From Eledone cirrhosa (lineage: Eukaryota), in NCBI GenBank assembly GCA_964016885.1, contig OZ024740.1:166842001-166906000 (forward strand): a stretch of 64,000 bases of DNA. Direction: 5' to 3'. Numbering within the stretch: the stretch's first letter is position 1; each line of letters opens with the position of its first letter. The translations under genes were made by a program, and so were the position numbers. Shown in pieces: positions 53,574 to 64,000 of the stretch. The notes beneath the pieces were generated by a model that saw only the letters and a list, made by a program, of their open reading frames with translations, did not search any database and was not told the DNA's origin.

Positions 53574-54010
53574 TTAGCTGTATACTTTGTGAAATGTTTT
53601 ATGGAATTTATGCAAGCAGATAGAAAACAAGTCAGTGCGACTATTTATTATAGAATCTAGATTAGAAATAATGGTAAATTTTTCATTTAGACAGAGATTG
53701 CACATTTTGGATAGAGAACTGTTCAAGTATAAAGACGCAGAAGAAACCTTCTTCCAAAAGATGCTATATTTAATATTTTTGTCTTTCAAGGACCATATGA
53801 GTTCTGAGAGTGCCGTGTTGGTTCTTTTAAGTTTGTATTTAAAAGACGAATGATGGTTATAAAGACGAGCTTTAAAAGAGGTGGAAGTGGAGCCAAAATA
53901 GGTGAAGGAATTGGTGTCAGTTATAACTTTACATTCGTAAATTAAGTTTTTATCAAGACAATGGTTGTTGAGAGGACATTTATTTTTAATAGGGCAATTG
54001 CAATTGCAAT
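53574..54010 (-). pseudogene. Inverted duplicate of the GIY-YIG endonuclease domain
   Basis: Near-identical to 55710-56148 (...KMCNLCLNEKF...CLHKFHK). Confidence 0.88.
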
Positions 54011-54180
54011 TATAGAGATTATTACTGAGTGACCTAGTGTTATCTATAGAAGGAATTGGATTGAGAAGTTATTTGCGATAGGAATAATAGTTTCTTGATT
54101 TAGAATGGGATTAAGAACATTTAGCGAAGTTGTGTTTGACGTTGTATTTGGGTTTGTAGAAATTAGCCTAGTGTTTACAA

Positions 54181-56148
54181 TCTTAAATTCAAGAGATACC
54201 CTTACAAAGGACAAAAGCACCTTGTAAATCTCAAGAACACAATTTCTAACCTAAATTCCTCCAAAAATGTTTTAGTCCACTCTGACAAAACCAATAACTT
54301 ATATGGTATTTCCAAGGATAATTATAACAACTTTATCCTAAAGGAACTTAGGAAAAAATATCGTAAAACCAACCATGAAAATTTAGAATACATAAACTTT
54401 GAAGCCTCTGAGATTATGTCAAAACTTGGCATTGAAAAAAAGACAGAACCATTCCTCCCAAGAACTCCGAGGATAAATCTCAAGGATCACAAAAACAATT
54501 TTCGCACTGAACTACCTGTTAGATTAATCGCCCCCTCTAAATCAGATCTGGGGGTTGTTAGTAAAGCCATCTCGGATAGAATTATCCCACAGGTTCGTTC
54601 TAATTGCTCTTCTTTGAACCTAAATTTATGGTTTAGTACTTCTGAAGTGATTAGCTGGTACAACAAATTGAATAATAAAAACAAACTAAAATTTGTTCAA
54701 TTTGATATTGCCAGCTACTATTCTTCCATTTCGCCTTCACTTCTCATTAATGCTCTATATTTCGCACTTAAATATTCTGACATCACCACAGATGAACTTC
54801 ACATCATTCTCACCGCACGTAAAACCATCCTAGAGTTCAACAACGAATATTGGACCAGAGCCGATACCTCTAACAACTTCGACATCACAATGGGAGCATC
54901 CGATTCATCCCAATTGACTGATTTAATTGGTATCTTTATTTTGAACAGTATCAAACTAGCTAATTTCTTGGATGTATCTCTTAATCTTGACACTGGCCTC
55001 TATTGCCCTTACCATAAACACAATGAGAACCTAAATTATGTTAACTTTAAATCTAACCATCCTACTACTATCAAGAATGCTATAGTTAGTAATATTGGAA
55101 AAAGAATATCTAACCTATCTTCTAATAAAAACATCTTTGATGCTAACGCCAATTACTATAATAACGCGCTTTCTAAAGCCGGCTATCCTGATAAAATCAA
55201 ATATAGTAAAGAAATAAATTCTAGAAGAAATTACAGTAGAATAATTAATCTTGATCATTCCAATAACTTTAATAAAAGACCTAGATACAAAAACATAATC
55301 TGGTATAATGCTCCTTTCTCCATCTCTATTGATAACAATATTCCTAAATTATTCTTTAGGGCCTTAAATAAATGCTTCCCTCCCTCACATATCTATAGTA
55401 AAATATTTAACAAACATACTATAACATTTTCCTATTCTACATCCTCCAACATTTCCAACATTATCTCTAAACACAACAATAAAATACTAAATCTCTTCCT
55501 TCCAACACTGAATATCATAATAATAGTACTCCCGACGTCATTGTAAACCCTAGGCTAATTTCTACAAACCCAAATACAACGTCAAACACAACTTCGCTAA
55601 ATGTTCTTAATCCCATTCTAAATCAAGAAACTATTATTCCTATCGCAAATAACTTCTCCAATCCAATTCCTTCTATAGATAACACTAGGTCACTCAGTAA
55701 TAATCTCTCTAATTGCAATTGCAATTGCCCTATTAAAAATAAATGTCCTCTCAACAACCATTGTCTTGATAAAAACTTAATTTACGAATGTAAAGTTATA
55801 ACTGACACCAATTCCTTCACCTATTTTGGCTCCACTTCCACCTCTTTTAAAGCTCGTCTTTATAACCATCATTCGTCTTTTAAATACAAACTTAAAAGAA
55901 CCAACACGGCTCTCTCAGAACTCATATGGTCCTTGAAAGACAAAAATATTAAATATAGCATCTTTTGGAAGAAGGTTTCTTCTGCGTCTTTATACTTGAA
56001 CAGTTCTCTATCCAAAATTTGCAATCTCTGTCTAAATGAAAAATTTACCATTATTTCTAATCTAGATTCTATAATAAATAGACGCACTGACTTGTTTTCT
56101 ATCTGCTTGCATAAATTCCATAAAACATTTCACAAAGTATACAGCTAA
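54181..56148 (+). pseudogene. PLE RT plus GIY-YIG pseudogene lacking the YRDD segment
   Basis: SDKTNNLY, RLIAPSKSD, QFDIASYYSSI and FDITMGASDSSQ, then GIFILNSIK joined directly to LANFLDVSL. Endonuclease CNCNCPIKNKCPLNNHCL, IYECKV..YFGST. Confidence 0.9.
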
Positions 56149-56927
56149 TATTCAATTCTTTATCAATTTAGAATCTTTTTCTCAAAGGCACATATATATA
56201 TATACACTTCTTTTAAAAATATGCCCATCTTTCTACCTTATTTCAAAGATTATTATACATTCTATAATACTTGTTTACTCATTCTACATCGCCCCTATTT
56301 ATCACTTCCCTTTCTTCTCTTCTTCTTCTAATGTCTAACCCCTAATCTCTACCTTTTCTCACTCTTGCCTAACATAGAATCAATTATTACATAATACAAT
56401 ACATTCTTACTCTATATCACCTTGTTAAAACCCTTCGTAAACATATACATTTTTTTGACGTTAGATTATTCATCCTAAATTCATTATAGTTTTCTCCCTT
56501 TCATCTAACTCATTATTCTCAATACATATTAACATTTTCTTTTTCTTCGCACATATTATCAAACCCCTCAATATACAAACCTTAACTTTACATTATTTTT
56601 CTCTTCGTTAATTTTCAAATTCTTTTAATTTATACATTATCTTCCAACGGTTTTCAACCTCTCTAAGTAAAACAATACATCTTTCTCAGTTATAAAAGCT
56701 ATCTCTCTCTCTCTATCACCCATCTCTCCTCCTATCTCATCCTTCCTCATTATACTCCTCCCTCTCCACCTTTTACTCTCATCTCCACCTCTTTTTTCAT
56801 CCTTCCCCCCCCCCTCTAAATGAAATATTTTCCCCAATATCACACATCAATCTAAAACTACTTCTCATATGTTGATTTAAAACTGAACTATCCACAAGTG
56901 TTTTTTAACCTTCATATCATGTCTTCC

Positions 56928-56998
56928 TGTTTTATCTGATGAAAACACAAATATTATTGCATGATGATATTTGTTTTTGAAATGCGCATAATAAAATA
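56928..56998 (+). ncRNA. Type I hammerhead (palindromic UGCGCA)
   Basis: UUUUAU-CUGAUGA-AAACACAAAUAUUAU..AUGAUAUUUGUUUUU-GAAA-UGCGCA-UA-AUAAAA. Confidence 0.87.
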
Positions 56999-57675
56999 CA
57001 TGGAACTCTTTTAACCATCTTTTGTTCTTATATATTATGTATACTCCAGTCCTACAAACTGTAGAGTGCTTCTTATCCGATATCTGCATTGCTTTATTGT
57101 ACTACAATAAAACTCACCTCCCACATTATATTTATATATATATACATATATATACATGGCCTCAGCCGGATGGCTGAAACAGGTAAAAGAGTATATATAT
57201 ATGTACATATATTTAAATATATATACATATATATATATACATATACATATATTTATATATATATACATATATTTATATTTATATATATATATTTATATAT
57301 ATATATATATTTATATATATTTATATATATATATATATATAATTATGTATATATATATATATATTTATGTATATATATATATATTTTTATATATACATAT
57401 AATTACATATACATATATTTATATATACATATATTTATATATATATATATAGATACATATATACATATATTTATATATAGATACATATATACATATATTT
57501 ATATATATATATACATATATATATATAAATATATTTATATATATATATACATATATTTATATATATATATATATACATATATTTATATATATATATACAT
57601 ATATTTATATATATATATATATACATATATTTATATATATATATACATATATTTATATATATATATAGATACATA

Positions 57676-57715
<40 letters not shown>

Positions 57716-57723
57716 GATACATA

Positions 57724-57772
<49 letters not shown>

Positions 57773-57988
57773 CATACATACATATATATATATATACATA
57801 CATACATATAAATATACATACTTATATATAAATATACATACTTATATATATATATATAAATATACATATATATATATATATGCTTACATATATATATACA
57901 TATATATATGCATACATATATACATACATATATATGTGCATACATATATACATACATATATATATGCATACATATATACATACATACA

Positions 57989-58061
<73 letters not shown>

Positions 58062-58974
58062 ATGTATATATGTATATATGTATGCATATATATATATATA
58101 TGTATATACATATAAAAAATACAATGATACCTATTCGCTCACAGGCACATTCTTATATTTACATTCATATATCTCAGTATCTAATAACTGAAATTCCTGA
58201 GCAACGCTGCTTAAGTAAACATCCTCAAAACCCAATCTCATAGTTTTCATTTCCTCTTTGACAACACAATACTATATATATATCTTAGCGAATTATTTTC
58301 CCTTACCTTTACATTCAGTCAAAACAATTTTCTGAAAGAAGCAAAATAAGTTGAGACTAAGAAGAGATCTAAGAACAAGACTATGGCAAGATATATTAAG
58401 TTCAAAGCAGTGATGATAAACCGGTCATGGACAGAAAATTCTGGGTTTTAATTTCAATGCTATTATGTTAATTTTGTCTGATGTTTTAAGTTCATTTTTG
58501 TTTCACGCAATATTATTATTAGTTTTGTAAATGATTTATGTTAATCTGAAAATAGTTAATTAAGAAGCAGAGATATATTTTCCTTTTTGGCATTCCGTGT
58601 GTACATAGCTCTGAAGGAGGACAATTATATGTGTTAAAAAATACTCTAAAGATATGTTTGAAGAAATCCACAAAATAATTATCAGTGCATTGTGTTAAGG
58701 AGAAAACGTATTTTCTATTAACATTTGGTGTTCTAAAAAAAGGCAGATAAAATATATAACGCATGAATATATACAGAATCGTACACTCACACATGTAAAT
58801 ACAAAGAAAAAGTTCCAGTATTCAGGATCTTTAAAGATTTATTAGTTTCGTAAATTAAAGGCAATTTACACTTGACGGAGTTGTAGGAGCACCGTCCTCA
58901 GACAATCAATTATTTTCGTGGCCCATCTTTTTTTTAGGTCAGAAACAGCCGACTTTTCCAGAGGCAGGATGAAC

Positions 58975-59090
58975 CCTAGTAAATTATCGACCTCAAAATG
59001 ATGAAAGGTAAATTTGACATCCGTGGGGTTTGAAAGAAGGGCACACTGATCTGAAACACATTGTGAGGCATTTTTCATGCGATATTTTGA
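58975..59090 (-). mobile_element. Highly degenerate SINE remnant
   Basis: atcgacctcaaaatgatgaaaggtaaatttgacatccgtggggtttgaa resembles 62669-62717. Confidence 0.45.
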
Positions 59091-60957
59091 TTAATCCACA
59101 AGTTGCATCATTTATAAAACTCTATCTCTAACATATTTAAAAAATAAAACGTTTATATTCTGTCGTTAGATAGGGAAGTATTCGAAGAAGAATAAATCAA
59201 TTAGCAATTAGTATAATGAACTTGGATTTATGATGCAATCATCATTACGTTTCTTAACTCTCAATGGCAGAATATATTTTGTTAGAAATCGGTAGTTTTG
59301 GTTGCTCGTTGGAGCAGATATATGATCAAAGCATTACTATTATAATCATCGTGGATTTGTATGAAATATATAGGTCTACAATACTTGAGATTGTATATTT
59401 GAGAGTAACTTAGAGGTCATTTCGAGCATATAATGTTACTGCGTAGAGATTTGGCAAAGCATACCTATGATTAAAAACATCCTACCCCTGAAAAGTTAGT
59501 CCGAAGACAATTCTAAACTAACAGTCCTTAAAATATCAGCAATCGTACATTAAGGGTTATATTTTCCATCGCCTAACTTTCTGTACAAATGGATAGTGTG
59601 ATGGGAGGGAGATATTTTATCAGGTCAAGGCACATTTTGACCTATTTACTGGAGATTTGTTTCTGGAATTTAAGGCAATATTATATTAACACAAAATCTA
59701 TGCATTACCCTTCTAGATGTTTACAAATAGATGAAAACCAAAAGCAACTGGATAATTTATCGATGAAAAAGGTGAACAAAATCACAACGCTGTGAGTTAT
59801 CATTCCATGTCCGTTTAGAAATTAAAATTGATAATTAAGAATTGTTGTTTTCAGTTCTGATACCATCTTCAGGATAAAGAACTTTCTTCTTATTCATGTC
59901 GATAATATATATAATAGCTATCTATCTACTAAAGTAAAATCGATAACAATATATCAATACACTTTCCCTGTCTCTATATATATCAATTTATACTGATTTT
60001 AAAATGTGTTGTATTAAATATTATTAATGGAATGTATAACATTATGTTCAGAACATACAAATACATTAAATCTTGTTGTGAAGGCAGGTTTGTATTAATT
60101 TAAATCAGTTTAAATAGAGTGAGTGAGGAGATTGATACCCAAGGTAAATCTATATGTACAAACAGAGAGTAATCTTCATATATTCTCCATTTGTTCCTAT
60201 AAAACTGAGTTTGCCTACACGACAAACATCAATGTTAATAATTAGGCAAACACACGGATTCGATGTACCAGATCATATTATGTGAGGTACATTCGCACTA
60301 CCTAAATCGGGACGAGACTATCATCTGAGAAACTCTGAAATGGTTTTTCACCCACCCCTATTCTTTGATGGATGTTCGTAATCAGATTTGAACATAATGT
60401 ATTAAATACACGTGATAGACGGAATAAATGAGTTATATCATTTTGTTTGTATGTTTTTTTCCAAATTCCTTAAGAGATTAGTGAAAATATTATTTTCTCT
60501 AATCTCTTAAGGAATTTGGAATCGAAACCTCTATAACGTTTACAAAGGAAAATGCAAATATATGATTTCTCCATTACCCTTGAAAGGACTTAAAATAAAC
60601 ATTGTTGTCTAACAAAAATTTCTTAAATAATTAATAAAATGCATTTGCTGTTTTCAGCCTGTAATATGATGCTAGGCAATGTGGATGAAATATAGTAGAT
60701 GTGGCGAATCAATTATGTTATACGAGAAACTCAAGAAAAATAAACGAACATAAATTTAAATTGTTCTACAGTGAGAGGGGTTATCTGATATCTTATGATT
60801 AGACTTTCGTGTTACAGAAAAAACAATCGATTGTTGAAAATCCAATCTCTTGGACATAGCGCCATAATATATGCAAGCAGAGACCACCACACATTCCTTA
60901 GGACTCTGTTTATACTTGTACTAACTGGCATATATATTTGTAGAGTCCATTAATCAC

Positions 60958-61050
60958 CAAGAAGAAGAAGAAAAAGAAAAAGAAAAAGAAAAAGAAAAAG
61001 AAAAAGAAAAAGAAAAAAGAGGAGGAGCAGGAGGAGAAGAAGAAGAGGAA
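60958..61050. repeat. (AAG)/(AAAAAG)n/(GGA) purine-rich microsatellite
   Basis: Visible repeat. Confidence 0.9.
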
Positions 61051-61593
61051 GACAACAACTACCATAAAAACTACAGCAACAACGAAAACAACATATGTAA
61101 TTTCATATTCACAATCAAACAATTGATTATATCGATAAAATTATTTTGTAAGTACATTTACAAAAACTTAGAGATTTTATGTTTATTGTTAAAATCATTT
61201 CCACATTTCAGAATGTGTATATTTTGCTACCATAAATATACAAATATTTGACTATACATTTTATTGGCCAATATACCAAAATTATTATATTTTCATATCC
61301 AACACCTTCTTTCTTTATATATACATTCTCCATCTATATATCATATTTTATTGTCTTATATTCGCAACGTCTATTTATATTTCAGTGTTTTGCTCATTTA
61401 CTCAATTTTTACTTCTTAAATCCAACTATATATCCTTTTTTTTCTAATATATATATATATATATTTTTGAAATTTTTAGGATTTTTCTCACTTTTCGATA
61501 CTTTTTATTACTTTATTCAAACACATTCACACGCATGCACTCTTAAACACGCATATGAATAAATATATCATGTTCTGTTTGTTTCATTCGTTG

Positions 61594-61671
<78 letters not shown>

Positions 61672-61672
61672 C

Positions 61673-61706
<34 letters not shown>

Positions 61707-62603
61707 TTCTCATTTATTTAGTTTCTTTCATATCCATATACAAATAATCCTGTTTTTCCCATTTTCCTATTTCATCGCTCTTTCTCTCTATTACTTTAAT
61801 TTTCCTTTTCTCTTATTTCACTACAACTTATATTTTTTATTTTACTTATTTAGTATCTTATATTGACTTTTTTTAAATATTTACTCTTACTTTTTCTTAA
61901 TTGTTTTACCCATTGTACCATCTCCCTAATGTATGTATCTCTCTCGTCCTTATTAATGTTTGTTTGAATTAACAAAACACGACTGTTAACTTTCACTTAG
62001 CACTTCTAGTATCCAAATATTCTATTATTACGATCAATTTCAAAATTTACTTAGGACAATAAACGGTTTTAATGCTTCGAACGTGTGAAATATGGGAATG
62101 AAATTAATAAAATGATATATGTTTTAATATATATCTTTAAAACAACATATGTTTTCCATGTTCAAATAAATAAATAGTCAAGGAAAGAAATATGGTGCCA
62201 ACGTGATACATCATATCATATGCTATCAAACTTATCTCTGTTATTAAGAAAAACACTATCAAATCAGTGAAGGGGATAGGTGGAATTGGTAGAGAGAAAA
62301 CCAGATCACCTATTAGTATTAAATTAAACCACTCGATGTTCTTAATTTAAAACTTGTTGTAGTCGAAACTGTCGTCCAAGATTTTTGCACAATAAAATAC
62401 TTATCACGCAAGAACGGTTCGATCTACTAGATTTAGCATATTACTGAATATGTGTGAGGTTGTATCGATATGAGAAACCATACATTAACGTTAAAGATTC
62501 GTATTTAAGGTGAATGTCACATTTGAATAACTATAGCGCAGTGCATGACTGGTGATTTATTTTACCGAAACCGTCAAAATTAAAGGCAAAATAGAATCAA
62601 ACA

Positions 62604-62787
62604 AATAATTGTTTCTACTTTTGGCACAAGGCCAGCAATTACCCAGTGCATTACTGGTACTTTATTTTATCGACCCCGTAAGGATGAAAGGCAAAGTCAA
62701 CCTCGGCGGGATTTGAACTCAGATCGTAAAGGGACGTAACTATGCTGGAAAGCATGGCGTCCGACCCTCTACCGATACTGCCAATCC
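62604..62787 (-). mobile_element. tRNA-derived SINE resembling octopus SINEs
   Basis: Reverse complement has A-box TGGCAGTATCGG, B-box GTTCAAATCC and a central GCCTTTCATCCTT.CGGGGTCGATAAAATAAAGTACCAG domain. Confidence 0.8.
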
Positions 62788-63519
62788 AACAAATAATGTC
62801 ACATAACATAATAGAATACTACAATTAGTGAGCGTGACATCCTACGAAATGAATTTAGTTGTACAATAATAACATATACTATATATAGAAACACACTCTA
62901 GCATTCTTCTTATTTATAAACCAGCTAGAGACTGCTTATATGAACGTTTAACGTGGTGAAAAGAACAATGAAATGTACCTAAAACTCACCCTGTCGTCTT
63001 TTACAGGACATACGAAATCTCTCTGAAACGAACACCTTTCATATTGAAGCTGAGGCGTTGGAGGCGATCTGGCTCTACGCAATTAGAACCAGAAACCACT
63101 ATTATTGAATTGTATATTAACATAAATAGCACTCCACCGCAGCTGAGGAGGATAGCAAGACCAATATGTATCTTTAGCTGTTATTCGGACAGCCATGGTC
63201 CATACATATTACCGAAAGTATTATTTTCAGACTAGAAGCTGCTAAGATTATATTATCCAATTAATCGTTTTTTTTTTTTTTTTGTAAAAGTCAGTAAATA
63301 TCCCATATGGATTCGTGGTGTCTGGTATTTATAGGTAGGCAAACTATTTGAAATATTTTCCCGCAGCATGTAGCTATCTGTGATGAAAATGCCACCGGAA
63401 ACATCACATATTATCACCTAAGATTCGATAGTTAACAGTTATATATCGTTAAGCCTGATCATTTGTTAGTGTTGACTCGGATCATCGCATTGTCTCGGCC
63501 AAGATATGATTAGGTCTCC

Positions 63520-64000
63520 GAGTGGATAAAAAGAAATCTGCAAATGCTACTCCTTACAACTGGGCAGTTCTGAATACCAATCCTGAGACTTACAAAACCT
63601 ATGTAACCCAACCTAGCAACCAATTTGCTGCCCTACAAGACTCTGCGCCAACAAAATCGTCAAATTCTACATTTAACCACTTTCAAATGGCATTCAAAGA
63701 CACCATCCCTTTAAAACCCAAGGTTAAAAAACGAAAACCCTGGTAAACAGAGAGGATACGCCAAAAGCGCAAAGAGTTGCGAAAAGCTGCAGAATTGAAA
63801 GACACTCAAACGATCTCCAGAAAACATTGGTAACTTCAATGCTGCTTGTACAGCACTGAAAAGTGAGTATGAAATTGAGCAAGCCGAATACATGCAGAGA
63901 AAGATCAATCATATCTCGAGTACTGTCAGCAATAAGAAGTCTGCTGAGGCTAATGAAATTAGTGGCAGAAAAAGTAGTGACAGAGCCAAACTGAAAGCCT
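63520..64000 (+). mobile_element. LINE (probably RTE-like) fragment, endonuclease-RT linker; continues past the window
   Basis: NQFAALQ...IPLKPKVKKRKPW, and in another frame QRKINHI...NEISGRKSSDRAKLKA. Confidence 0.6.

Larger units (their letters stand above)
52585..57130 (+). mobile_element. Penelope-like element F (Naiad-like), 5'-truncated, with a 1.6 kb 5' inverted duplication
   Basis: 52588-54181 is the reverse complement of 55540-57130. HHRs at 52718-52788 (-) and 56928-56998 (+). Confidence 0.92.

Noticed and set aside
58130-63500. Host exons in the repeat-poor regions (also 2800-6500)
   Set aside because: There are only short ORFs without recognisable domains. Small exons cannot be excluded without RNA-seq.

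Overview
This is AT-rich, repeat-saturated animal DNA; an octopus-type tRNA-derived SINE suggests an octopod cephalopod (inference). I recognise no host gene. About 1-58 kb is a nest of retroelements inserted into (TA)n microsatellite arrays. It holds six Penelope-like elements (PLEs; RT plus C-terminal GIY-YIG): four Naiad-like at about 17.3-21.7, 37.6-41.5, 41.7-46.9 and 52.6-57.1 kb, and two Neptune-like at about 26.2-30.8 and 47.1-50.5 kb. There are also RTE-like LINE fragments (two with twin-priming 5' inversions), SINEs, and many non-coding fold-back elements made of head-to-head pseudo-LTRs (pLTRs). By eye I find about 30 type I hammerhead ribozyme (HHR) motifs from at least 10 sequence families, many with a palindromic minimal stem III. 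The main leads are: (1) a conserved U_UUU_UUA -1 frameshift heptamer linking an upstream ORF1 to pol in both Neptune-like PLEs; (2) a non-coding, HHR-bounded, retrozyme-like unit of about 2.9 kb inside a 5.9 kb fold-back; (3) an HHR family whose three copies all read CAG(A/G)AGA; (4) chimeric insertions in which LINE or SINE RNA forms part of the inverted arm. The (YI)n ORFs are microsatellite artefacts. All calls and coordinates were read manually and are approximate.
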